The translations under genes and the position numbers were made by a program. From Squalus acanthias (Eukaryota): 64,000 bases of DNA. The notes under the pieces are model-generated. The model was not told the origin of the DNA, did no database searches, and worked only from the letters and a program-made list of their open reading frames with translations. Positions within the stretch are counted from its first letter, which is position 1, and every line of letters begins with the position of its first letter. This document shows, piece by piece, positions 10,661 to 22,310 of the stretch. The stretch is from contig CM059432.1 of assembly GCA_030390025.1 (NCBI GenBank), positions 28,770,001-28,834,000 on the forward strand. The letters are read 5' to 3'.

Positions 10661-13500
10661 TAATTCATAAAAAATGTGAGCATAAAAAAAGCCTGAGGGT
10701 TTTATACCTTAATGCGAGAAGCATCAGGAACAAGGTAGATGAATTAGCTGTGGAAATAGAGGTTAATAATTATGATCTAATTGGGATTACGGAAACATGG
10801 TTGCAGGGTGAGCAGGGCTGGGAGCTTAACATACAGGGGTATTCAGTATTTAGGAAGGATCGACAAAAAAGAAAGGGAGGAGGGGTAGCATTGCTGGTAA
10901 AAGAAGGGATAAATGCAATTGAAAGGAAGGATATTAACTCAGTTAATACAGAATCTATATGGGTGGAGCTAAGAAATAGCGAGGGGCGAAAAACATTAAT
11001 AGGAGTGGTATATAGGCCTCCAAATAGTAAAATAGAGGTTGGGGAGGGCATCACGAGGGAAATTAGAGAAGCGTGCAATAAGAGCACAGCTGTCATCATA
11101 GGTGACTTTAACTTACATATAGATTGGAATAGCCTAATCAGTAAAAATAATGAGGAGGAGGAATTCCTTGAGTGTTTAAGGGATGGTTATCTGGATCAAT
11201 ATGTCGAGGAACCAACTCGGGAACAGGCTATATTGGACTGGGTACTGTGCAATGAGAAGGGACTAATTAGTAATCTTGTTGTACGGGGACCCTTGGGTCA
11301 GAGCGATCATAACATGATCGATTTCTCACTCGAAATGGAGAGCGAAGAAATTGACTCAGATACTAAGGTCCTGAATTTAAACAAGGGGAATTATGATGCC
11401 ATTAGACGGGAACTGAGTAGGTCTGATTGGACAACGTTCCTGGGAGGACTGGAGGTAGATAAACAATGGCAAGCATTTAAAGATAGAATGACAAAATTGC
11501 AAAAATTGTTTATACCAATCTGGCATAAAAGGAAATCTAAAAAGGTGACTCAACCGTGGATAACAGGGGAAATTAGAGACAGCATAAAATCCAAAGATAG
11601 GGCGTATAAAATAGCCAAAAAAAGCGCCAGAGCGGAAGATTGGGAACAGTTTAAGATAGAGCAAAGGAGGACAAAGGGCTTAATCAAGAGGGGCAAAATA
11701 GCTTACGAAAGCAAGCTGGCGGAAAATATAAAAACTAACTCCAAAAGCTTTTATAAGTATATCAAGAGGAAAAGACTGGTGAAAACCAAAGTTGGCCCAT
11801 TGCAGTCAGATACGGGGGAATATATAACGGGAAATAAGGAAATGGCAGACCAACTAAATGCATACTTTGGGTCAGTCTTTACGAAGGAAGACACAAAAAA
11901 CCTCCCTGGGATATCGGGAAAAATAGGGACATTTGCAAAGGAGGAACTGACGCAAGTCAATATCTCTAAGGATATGGTGTTAAGGAAGCTAAAGGGATTG
12001 AAGGCGGACAAATCCCCAGGGCCTGATAACATGCATCCTAGGGTGCTGAAGGAGGTGGCCCTAGAGATAGCGGATGCACTAAGTATGATTTTTCAGAATT
12101 CATTAGACTCGGGAACAGTGCCCATGGATTGGAGGGTAGCTAACGTTACCCCACTATTCAAAAAGGGGGGTAGGGAAAAAGCAGGTAATTACAGACCTGT
12201 AAGCCTTACATCAGTTGTGGGCAAAATGCTGGAGTCCATCATTAAGGATGAAATAGCGGAGCACTTAGCAAATGGGGACAGGATAGGACAGAGTCAACAT
12301 GGATTTACAAAGGGTAAATCGTGCTTGACTAATCTATTGGAATTTTTTGAGGGAGTAACTGGTAAAATAGATGGGGGAGAGCCAGTAGATGTGGTGTACC
12401 TGGACTTCCAAAAGGCCTTCGATAAGGTCCCACATAAAAGATTAGCAGGGAAAATTGAAGCTCATGGGATAAAGGGGAAAGTATTGACGTGGATAGAGAA
12501 CTGGCTGTCAGATAGAAAACAGAGAGTTGGAATAAACGGCTCATTTTCTGAATGGCAGGCAGTAACAAGTGGGGTACCACAGGGATCTGTCCTGGGTCCC
12601 CAGCTGTTCACAATTTACATTAATGACCTGGATCAGGGAGTCGGATGCAGCATTTCCAAATTTGCAGACGACACTAAACTAGGAGGGGGGGTGGGCTCAG
12701 AGGAGGAGACCAGGAAGCTCCAGAGCGATTTGGACAGACTGGGTGATTGGGCGGATAAATGGCAGATGCACTATAATGTGGACAAGTGCGAAGTTATCCA
12801 CCTTGGGTGCAGGAACGGGAGGGCAAATTATTATTTAAATGGCAATAAATTGGGAGAGGGGGAAGTACAGAGAGACCTGGGTGTTCTTGTACACCAGTCA
12901 CTGAAGGCGAGCATGCAGGTGCAACAGGCGATCAAGAAGGCAAACGGTATGCTGGCCTTCATAGCAAAAGGGTTGGAATACAGGAACAGGGATACCTTGC
13001 TGCAGCTGTACAGGGCACTGGTGAGACCACACCTCGAGTACTGTGTACAGTTTTGGTCGCCTCATCTGAGGAAAGATGTTCTTGCCATGGAGGGGGTGCA
13101 GCGGCGATTCACCAGGCTGATACCAGGAATGGCGGGATTGACCTATGAGGAGAGACTATGTAGTTTAGGGATGTACACACTGGAGTTTAGAAGATTGAGA
13201 GGGGACCTCATAGAAGTGTATAAAATTCTGACAGGTCTAGACAGACTAGATGCAGAAGGAATGTTTCCCTTGGCGGGTGAGAACAGAACTAGAGGACATC
13301 ATTTAAGGATAAGGGCTAAACCATTTAGGACAGAAATGAGGGGGAATTTCTTCACTCAGAGGGTGGTGAACCTGTGGAACTCATTGCCACAGAGGGCAGT
13401 GTACGCCAGCTCATTAAATATATTTAAGAGGGAATTAGATGTATTTCTACAGGCAAAAGGGGTTAAGGGTTACGGAGAGAAGGCGGGGACGGGATACTGA
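10636..13500 (+). CDS. CR1 ORF2: APE endonuclease + reverse transcriptase (954 aa as called; the first ~9 codons are MITE-derived)
   Basis: YLNARS, ITETW, GDFN, SDH (APE); LDFQKAFD, GVPQGSVLGP, FADD (RT); no stops. Confidence 0.95.
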   Translation: MPDKRKFPVIHKKCEHKKSLRVLYLNARSIRNKVDELAVEIEVNNYDLIGITETWLQGEQGWELNIQGYSVFRKDRQKRKGGGVALLVKEGINAIERKDINSVNTESIWVELRNSEGRKTLIGVVYRPPNSKIEVGEGITREIREACNKSTAVIIGDFNLHIDWNSLISKNNEEEEFLECLRDGYLDQYVEEPTREQAILDWVLCNEKGLISNLVVRGPLGQSDHNMIDFSLEMESEEIDSDTKVLNLNKGNYDAIRRELSRSDWTTFLGGLEVDKQWQAFKDRMTKLQKLFIPIWHKRKSKKVTQPWITGEIRDSIKSKDRAYKIAKKSARAEDWEQFKIEQRRTKGLIKRGKIAYESKLAENIKTNSKSFYKYIKRKRLVKTKVGPLQSDTGEYITGNKEMADQLNAYFGSVFTKEDTKNLPGISGKIGTFAKEELTQVNISKDMVLRKLKGLKADKSPGPDNMHPRVLKEVALEIADALSMIFQNSLDSGTVPMDWRVANVTPLFKKGGREKAGNYRPVSLTSVVGKMLESIIKDEIAEHLANGDRIGQSQHGFTKGKSCLTNLLEFFEGVTGKIDGGEPVDVVYLDFQKAFDKVPHKRLAGKIEAHGIKGKVLTWIENWLSDRKQRVGINGSFSEWQAVTSGVPQGSVLGPQLFTIYINDLDQGVGCSISKFADDTKLGGGVGSEEETRKLQSDLDRLGDWADKWQMHYNVDKCEVIHLGCRNGRANYYLNGNKLGEGEVQRDLGVLVHQSLKASMQVQQAIKKANGMLAFIAKGLEYRNRDTLLQLYRALVRPHLEYCVQFWSPHLRKDVLAMEGVQRRFTRLIPGMAGLTYEERLCSLGMYTLEFRRLRGDLIEVYKILTGLDRLDAEGMFPLAGENRTRGHHLRIRAKPFRTEMRGNFFTQRVVNLWNSLPQRAVYASSLNIFKRELDVFLQAKGVKGYGEKAGTGY

Positions 13501-15594
13501 ATTGGAGGATCAGCCATGATCTCATTAAATGGCGGAGCAGGCTCGAAGGGCCGGATGGCCTACTCCTGCTCCTATCTTCTATGTATCTATGTATCTATGA
13601 AATAAGAGGTTAAAATAAAACAGGAAAAGAAGTTATGACAAATGTCAGGTGTAGAATACAATTGAAAACCAGGCAGAACAGAGTGATTGCAGGGGGAAAT
13701 TAAAAAAATACAAGGGCAAAGAAAGAGTATGAGAAACGATGAGCAGGTAACAAAGAATCAAAAAATCTTTTTTAAACATATAAAAAGTAAAAGTATAGTT
13801 AAAGAAATGGTGGGGCCGATTAGGGACAAAAAAGGCAATCTTCTTGTGGAGGCAGAGGACGTGACTGAGGTACTGAATGAGTATGTTACATCTGTCTTCG
13901 CAAAAGAGGATGAAGTTAATGTTAGAGTAGAGGAGGGGGAGTAGAGACATTGGATTGGATAAAAAGATAGAAGAGGTGCTAAATAGGTTGGCATCACTCA
14001 AAGTTAACAAGTCACCCGGTCCAGATGGGATGCATCTTGGATTCCTGAGGGAAGTTGGGATGGAGATAGCAGAAGCTCTGACCATAATCTTTCAATCCTC
14101 CTTGGATATGACAGTGGTGCAAGAGAACTGGAAGATTGATAATGTTACACCCTGTTCATAAAGGGGAGAGGGATAAACCCAGTAACTGCACGCTAATCAG
14201 TCTAATGTCAGTGGTGGGAAAACAGCTAGAGACCACTGTCAAGGACAAAATTCATTCTCATTTGGAGCATGGGTTAATAAAGGGACAGCCAGCATGGATT
14301 TGTTAACAGCAAATCGTGTCTGACTAATCTGATTGAATTCTTTGATGAAATAACAAAAAGGGTTAATGAAGGTAGCGCAGTAGATACATGTATGGAATTC
14401 AAAAAGCATTTGATAAAGTACCTCATAGCAGACTTATTCAGAAAATAGAAGCACATGGTTTTAAAGGAATGGTGGTAACTTGGGTACATAATTGGCTAAG
14501 GGATAAGAGGCAGAGAATAGTGGTGAATGATATTTTTCCTGAATGGAGAGAAGTATGCACAGTGGGGCCCCCCTGGGGTTGGTATTAGGGCAAATGCTTT
14601 TCTTGTTATATAGAAAATGACCTGGACTTGGGTAGAGGGAGTACAATTTGGAAGTGTGCGGATGATACAAAACGTGCCAATGTAGTAAATAATGAGCATG
14701 ATAGTAGCAGACTTCAAGAGGACATAGACAGAGTGGTGAAATGGGCAGACACAATTTAATGCAGATATAAGTGTGAAGTGCACACTTTGGGAGAAATAAC
14801 ATGGAGAGGCAGTATAATCTAAATGGTACTATTTTGAGGGGGTGGAAGAATAGAGGGACCTAGGGGGGCATAATCACAAATCTTTGAAGGTGGCCGGGCA
14901 AGTTGATAAGGAAGTTAAGAAAGCGTATGGGATACTTGGCTTTGTAAATCAGGGCACTGAATACAAAAACAAGTCAGTCATGCTAAACCTTTACAAACCT
15001 CTGGTTAAGCCTCAACTGGAGTAGTGTGCACAATTCTGGCCACCACACTTTGGGAAGGATGTCAAGGCCCTGGAGAGGGTAGAGAGGAGGTTTACTAGGA
15101 TGATACCAGGGATGAGGGCATTCAGTTATGTGGAGAGATTGAAGAAGCTGAAATTATTCTCCTTAGAGCAGAGAAGGTTAAGGGGACTAATTTGCAGGGT
15201 TATGGGGAAAAAAGGTGTGTGGGACTAAATTGGACAGCTCTTTCAAAGAGCTGGCACAGGCATGATGGGCCGAATGGCTTCCTTCCGTGCTGTAACATTC
15301 TATGATGCTAGTGTCAAGACCAACGGGCCATAGAGGCAAGGTAAGTGTAAGGGAGCAAGAAAGATTCCTTTACAGAGTTGTGAAGCAGTAGAATTCACTT
15401 CCAGAGTGAGCAGTTGAGGCAGAGACTAGGCCAACATTCAAGATTAGATTGGATAGGTGAATGAAGGAAAAGGGAATAAAAAGATACGGAAACTGGGTGG
15501 GTAAATGTGATTCAGACTAATTGCTTGCATGGAACATCAACATGGACTGTTTGAGCCATGTTGTAACTTTTACATATTTTTATGACAAGGTAAA

Positions 15595-17530
15595 TTCATA
15601 GAAACTTACAGCACAGAAGGAGGGCATTCAGCCTGTGCTGGCTCTTTGAAAGAGCAGTCATGCTTTGTCACACATCCACGCTTTTTGTCCGTAACCTTGT
15701 AAGTTCCTCATCCTCAAGTACTTGTCCAACTCCCTTTGAAAATTATTTATGAAATAAGCTTCCACCACCTTTACAGGTAGAGCTTTCCAGATCCCAACAA
15801 CTCTGAAAAAAAACTGTCCTCAACTCCCTTCTAGATCTTTTCCAATGATTTTAAATCCATGACCTCTGATTTCTGACCCACTTGCCAGAGGGAATAGTTT
15901 TTCTCCATCTACTCTGTCAAAACCTATCATCTTGAAAATCTCCATTAGGTCACCTCTTAACCGTCTCTGTTCCAAGGAAAATAGTCTTAACTTTTCCAAC
16001 CTTTCCTCATAACTGAAGTCCCTCATCCCTGGTAAACCTCCTCTGTACCCTTTCTAATGCCTTTACATCTTTGCTGAAGTGTGCTGCCCAGACTTGTCCA
16101 CAATACTCCAGCTGAGGTCTAACCAGTAATTTATAAATTTCTAGCATGATCCCATTGCTTTTATATTCTATTCCTCTAATAATAAACCCAAGTAACTCAT
16201 ATGCTTTTTTAAACTACCTTATCAACTTGCCCTGTTACCTTTAAGAATGCATATATATGGACACCAAGGCCTCTGATCATCTACACTTATCAAAATCATG
16301 CCATTTATAGTATACTGTCTTTCCATATTAGTCTTCCCAAAGTGCATCACTTCACATCTCCGCATTGAACTCCATCTGCCATGCTTCTGCCCATTTCACC
16401 ATTCTGTGTCATCCTGAAGTCTACAACTATCCTCAGCACGATCTACTACATTGCCAAGTTTAGCATCATCTGCAAACTTTATTATGTTCTCCCTAGGTTG
16501 TTTATAAAGATTGAAAAGAGTAATGGACCCAAAACTGACCCTTGAGGAACACCACTGCAAACCACCTCCCAGTCTGAAAAACATTCATCCATCACCACCT
16601 TTGCTTCCTGTCACTGAGCCAATTCCAAATCTACACCACCACTTTCCCTTAATTCCATGGGCTTTCATCTTCTTAATGAGCCTCCTGTGTGGCACTTTGT
16701 TAAATGCCTTCCCAAAGTCCATATATACACAACATCTACTGCACTACCTTGATCAACCTTCTCTGTTACTTCATCAAAGAATTTAATTGTTAGTCAGAAT
16801 GATTTGCCTTTAGCAAATCTATGCTGGCTCTCCTTGATTAACCCATGTCTTTCTAAATGAAAGTTTATTTTGTCCCTGATGATGGTTTCCAATAACTTTC
16901 CCACCACCAATGTTAGGCTGACTGGCCTGTAGTTTATCCCTCTCCCCTTTCTTGAATAACATTAGCAACCTTTCAAGTTCCCCTCCAAGGTCACACACCA
17001 TCCTGACTTGGAAGTAAATTGCCGTTCCTTCATCGTCACTGGGTCAAAATCCTGGAACTCCCTCCCTAACAGCACTGTGGGAGTACCTTCACCACACAGA
17101 CTGCAGCGGTTCCAGAAGGTGGCTCACCACCACGTTCTCAAGGGCAACTGGGGATGGGCAATAAATGCTGGCCTTGCCAGCGATGCCCACATCCCATGAA
17201 CGAATAAAAAAAAGTCCTCTGGCACTAATCCTGTATCCATTGAGAATTGAAAGATTGTAACCAATGCTTTTGCTATTTCTACCTTTGCTTCTTTCAGCAA
17301 TCTAGGATGCATTCCATTCAGACCAGGTGACTTACCAACTTTCAGTAATGCTAATCTTTTTAGTATATCTTCTCTATCTAGTACTATCCTGTCCATAACT
17401 TCTTTCTCCTTTTTTAGTGTAACCTTCACATCAACCGCTGCCTTTGTGAAGACAAATGCAAGTACTTATTTAATACTTTAGCCATATCCTCTGCCTCTAC
17501 ATGAAGATTTCCCTTTGCGTCCTTAATATA
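15595..17530 (-). mobile_element. Degenerate CR1 LINE fragment, with a 3'-end fragment of the tRNA-headed family inserted at about 16975-17213 (+)
   Basis: EQRRLRGDL, KFADDAKLG, KSPGLNGMHPRLLKE remnants; the insert ends aataaatgctggccttgccagcgatgcccacatcccatgaacgaataaaaaa. Confidence 0.85.
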
Positions 17531-17707
17531 GCCAACTATTTCCCCATGATAATTGCTTACACTTTATAAATTGTTCATGGTCTGGAAGAAAGGGTCAAAT
17601 GGCCTTTTCTTGTACCATGTTTTGTTATGAAAAGTTCTCCTGCATTGACCTCATTTCACCTTGAACAGTGTAAAACAAATACAGTATAAACACTAAAAAC
17701 ATTGTAC

Positions 17708-17851
17708 TTTGTCAATGAAATACAGTGCCACTGCTCGTTGTCGTGATTTCATTTCCCTCGATTTCCAGTCTACACGATACTGAGTTCGGATTGCATCAAT
17801 CTTCTCCTTCAGGCGCCGGGCTACTTCATACTTCTGCCAGTCCTTTTCACC
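17708..17851 (-). CDS. TOP1MT: Topoisomerase IB core exon, 144 bp ([48 protein letters not shown])
   Basis: CAG acceptor, GTACAA donor; [12 protein letters not shown] motif; WKSREMK is TOP1MT type. Confidence 0.98.
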
Positions 17852-18109
17852 CTGATAGTATTACCAGAAAACAATACAAAGTTAGTCCTGTTCAGCAGTT
17901 ACTTACTGGAGATACCATTTCACTTTACTGTAGAGTTAAAGAAAATGGATCCAGAGCACCTCACCCTCAGCACCTCAATAGCTTGTGTGGAACTGATCGA
18001 TATAGATCCAGAAATTCCCAAGTTCATTCAAGTTTGTGTGGAGTTAGCTAATCTCAACTAGGACAGTCGTAGAGATACTATAATCAGTATCAGCACCCCT
18101 GGGCTACAC

Positions 18110-20520
18110 TACTACTACAACAACAACTAGTATTTATATAGCGCCTTTAACGTAGTAAAACGTCAAGGCGCTTCACAGGAGTGTTAGAAGACAAAAAGGT
18201 TTGACACTGAGCCACACAAGGATAAATTCGGGCAATGACCAAAAGCTTGGTCAAACTGGTAGGTTTTAAAGAGCGTCTTAAAAGGAGGAAAGAGGTAGAG
18301 AATTCTACGGCCACCAATGGTTGAGCAATTAAAATCAGGGATGCTCAAGAGGAGCGCAGAGATCTCAGGGGGTTGTGGGGCTGGAGGAGATGAGAGAGAT
18401 AGGGAGGGACAAGGCCATGGAGGGATTTGAAAACAAGGGTGAGAATTTTAAAAATCGAGGTGTTGCTTAACTGGGAGCCAATGTAGGTCAGCGAGCACAG
18501 GAGTGATGGGTGAACGGGACTGGTGCAAGTTAGGTCACGGGCAGTAGTGTTTTGGATGACCTCAAGTTTACGTCGGGTAGAACATGGGAGGCCCGCAGGA
18601 GTGCGTTGGAATAGTAAAGTCTAGAGGTAACAAAGGCATGGATGAGGGTTTCAGCAGCAGATGAGCTGAGTCAGGGGCGGAGATGGGCGATGTTAGAGGT
18701 GGAAAGAGGCGGTCTGAGTTATGGCGTGGATATGTGGTTGGAAGATCATTTCAGGGTCAAATATGACACCAAGGTTGCGAACAGTCTGGTTTAGCCTCAG
18801 ACAGATGCTAGGGAGAGGGATGGAGTCGGTGGCTAGGGAACGGAGTTTGTGGCGGGGACCGAAAATAATGGCTTTGGTCTTCCCAATATTTAATTGGAGG
18901 AAATTTCTGCTCCTCTAGTACTGGATGTCGGACAAGCAGACTGACAATTTAGAGACAGTGGAAGGGTCGAGAGAGGTGGTGGTGAGGTACAGCTGGGTGT
19001 TGACATGTGGAAACTGACGCTGTGTTTTCGGATGATGTTGCCGAGGGGCAGCATGTAGATGAGAAGGTCAAGGATAGATCCTTGGTGGACACCAAAGACA
19101 ACGATGCGGGAGCAGGAAGAGAAACCATTGCAGGTGATTCTGCAGCTACGATTAGATAGATAAGAATGGAGCCAGGCGAGTGCAGTCACACCCAGCTGGA
19201 CGACGGTGGAGAGGCGTTGGAAGAGGATGGAGTGGTCAACCGCGTCAAAGGCTGCAGACAAGTCGAGAAGGATGAGGAGTGATAGTTTACCTTTGTTACA
19301 ATCACAAAGGATGCCATTTGTGACTTTGATGAGAGCTGTTTCGGTACTGTGGTGGGGCGGAAACCGGAGGGTTTCAAACATGGAGATCCGGGAAAGATGG
19401 GCATGGATTTGGGTGGCAACAACATGTCAAGGACTTTGAAGAGGAAAGGGAGGTTGGAGATAGGGCGGTAGTTTGCAAGGATGAAGGGATCAAGGGTTGT
19501 TTCTTTGAGGAGGGTGCTGACGGCAGATTTGAAGGAGAGGGGGACAGTACCTGAGGAGAGAACACTTTACAATGTCAGCTAACATGGGAACCAGAAAAGG
19601 AAGTTGGGTGGTCAGCAGTTTAGTGGGAATCGGGTTGAGTGAGCAGGAAGTGGGTCTCATGGACAAAATGAGCACAAAGAGGTCATGAGGGGAGATTGAA
19701 GAGAAACTGGAGAAAGATGAGCGTTCAGGGCGGGGGAACCTTAGAAGAAGTTTGGCCTGGTGGGCTCAGGAAAGGAAGGGAAGTGGCAGAGGCAGCTGAT
19801 CGGATGGTCTCAATCTTGGAGACAAAAGTCCATGAGCTCCTCGCACTTGATGTTGGAGGAGACAGGGGAGAGGGGTTTAAGATGGTTAGCAGTAGAGAAT
19901 AGAAGACGACGGTTATCTTTGCATTCCAGAATGATCCTGGAATAGTGAGCAGTTTTGGCAGGTGAGAGCAAGACCTGATGATGCTTTATGTGGTCAAGCC
20001 AGATCTGGCGGAAAATGGCTAAACATGTTGACAACCATATCGGTTCAAGTTCCTTGGACTGGAGGGCCGTACCAGGGGGAACGGCCAGGGTGAGAGAGTG
20101 TAACGGTTTTAATAGGGACTAGGGCATCAAAGGTGGTGGTGAGGGTGTGATTGAGCAAATCGGTAACTGCAGAAATGACATGGTGAATGGAGAGCCAAAG
20201 GCTGGACAGTTGGGATTTCGTAAGTGCAGTTGTAAGTGAGTTGGGAAGAGTTTTTTTCCCCCGGGGTGGACCCAGGGTTGGGGGCGGGGGAGAAAGAGGA
20301 ATGTGTGTGGAGAGAGATGGCCTTATCTGCGATTGACATGATGGGAGTAGCGAGGCCACAAGAGATGGCAAGATCAAGGGAGAGCCATGAATATGGGTTG
20401 GGGAGTTTACATGAAGGGAGAGATTAAGGGAGGATAGGAGAGTAGTGAATTCAGAGGAGAGCATGATGATTTGAGATAAGATGATAGAGATGAGGGGGGA
20501 AGCAGCTAGCATTTACCCCT
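18110..20520 (-). mobile_element. L2-clade LINE, degenerate, 5'-truncated
   Basis: HSTETALIKVTN...LILLDLSAAFD.VDH and CSLNPIPTKLL are L2-type RT motifs; the 3' tail is shared with the Deu-type SINEs. Confidence 0.88.
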
Positions 20521-21176
20521 CTTCATGGTTATCGAGAGATTCTGGCTTGAAAGCGTGCATGTGTGTACATTGGATGAGGAAGCATCAGGCTTGGATTTGA
20601 TGCCCCATATGGTCCAACAGCCTTAGACATGGTCTAGCTTCACATACAAAGGCTGCTGCTTCTAGAAGGGGACCCCGTCCCCCCCAAACACGTGTCTGTA
20701 TCTTAAGAGATACTGGATGGCTATTGCTGCCCCTGAACTGTATTCCCCCACCCCTTCCCAGCATGTTAGTACCTGCAAGAGAAGAGTTGAAAATTTGATG
20801 AGGGGGAGAATGGGGGTTGGGGGGGGGCGGGGGCTTGAATTCTAAAAAAAAAAGATTTAATAAAGGATGGGAAGGGAGATGTGTCCCACTGCAAGGATTT
20901 CAACCAATCAGATCTGTACCCGCACACAACGAGATCTGTAATCGTTGTTCTGCATTCTTTTACCCACGTTATGGTAACCATCAGCAGTGCAGTGTGTTCT
21001 ATAGAAAAGCGGACATTAGTGAATGTGCAACAGAAGTGTTATTCATACAGGAGCCAGGCAACATCTGATACATGATATTCCCACAACACAACAAATGAAT
21101 GCCAATGACTCCGATACCAACATAGGTCATTTCAGTTAACTTTTGGAGCACAGCTAACAAACTCACTAATGAAGGA

Positions 21177-22308
21177 CATAAGAACATAAGAAATAGGAGC
21201 AGGAGTAGGCCCTTCGAGCCTGCGCCGCCATTCAATAAGATCATGGCTGATCTTTTACCTCATCTCCACTTTCCTGAACTATCCCCATATCCCTCGATTC
21301 CCCTAATATTCAAAAATCTATCGATCTCTGTCTTGAATATACTCAACGACTGAGCCTCCACAGCCCTCTGGGGTAGAGAATTCCAGAGATTCACCACCCT
21401 CTGAGTGAAGAAATTTCTCCTCATCTCAGTCCTAAATGGCCGACCCCTTATTCTGAGACTGTGACCCCTGGTTCTAAGCTCCCCAGCCAGGGGAAACATC
21501 TTCCCTGCATCTACCCTGTCAAGCCCTGTAAGAATTTTGTATGTTTCAATGAGATCACCTCTCATTCTTCTAAACTCTAGGGAATATAGGACTAGTCTAC
21601 TCAATCTGTCCTCATAGAACAATCCCCCCATTCCAGGAACCAGTCTGGTGAACCTTCGTTGCACTCCCTCTATGGCAAGTATATCCTTCCTTAGGTAAGG
21701 AGACCAAAACTGTACACAATACTCCAGGTGTGGTCTCACCAGGGCCCTATATAATTGCAGTAAGACATCTTTACTCTTATACTCAAATCCTCTTGTAATA
21801 AAGGCCAACATACCATTTGCTTTCCTAATTGCTTGCTGCACCTGCATGTTAACTTTCAGTGATTCTTGTACAAGGACACCCAGGTCCCTCAGAACACCAA
21901 CATTTCCCAATCTCACCATTTAAAAAATACTCTGCTTTTCTTTTTTTCCCTGACCAAAGTGGATAACTTCACATTTCTCCACATTATATTCCATTTGCCA
22001 TGTTCTTGCCCACTCACTTAGCTTGTCTATATCCCCTTGAAGCCTCCTTACATCCTCAACTTACATTCCCACCCAGCTTTGTATCATCAGCAAACTTGGA
22101 TATATTACATTTGGTCCCCTCATCCAAATCATTGATATAGATTGTGAATAGCTGAAGACCAAGCACTGATCCTTCCGGTACCCCACTAGTTACAGCCTGC
22201 CAACCTGAAAATGACCAGTTTATTCCTACTCTCTGTTTTCTGTCCGTTAACCAATCCTCAATCCATGCTAGTATATTACCCCCAATCCTATGGGCCCTAA
22301 TTTTGTTT
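21177..22308 (-). mobile_element. CR1 LINE 3' fragment
   Basis: ORF 21260-21919 RT C-terminus; FADD; 3' tail at 21177. Confidence 0.92.
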
Positions 22309-22310
22309 AG

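Larger units (their letters stand above)
8420..13598 (+). mobile_element. Young full-length CR1-clade LINE
   Basis: 5' tandem monomers, intact ORF1 and ORF2, 3' stem-loop and (TATCTATG)n tail; candidate 4-bp TSD gaaa (8416-8419, 13599-13602); host CR1 sequence rejoins across the insertion. Confidence 0.95.
6257..15305 (+). mobile_element. Old, near full-length degenerate CR1 LINE (5' UTR, decayed esterase ORF1 about 6552-7410, decayed ORF2), split by the young CR1 at 8420-13598
   Basis: MAGQLGSVAC, HIGTND, EAVLDLVLGNE remnants to the left; KSPGPDGMH, QKAFDKVPH, EGRGGLL-region and 3' tail to the right; many stops and frameshifts. Confidence 0.88.

Noticed and set aside
10206..10683. Short ORFs between ORF1 and ORF2 as a third LINE gene
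   Set aside because: Explained by the MITE insertion and its internal repeat
9177..12580. Several minus-strand ORFs overlapping the young LINE
   Set aside because: Antisense shadows of purine-rich ORF1/ORF2
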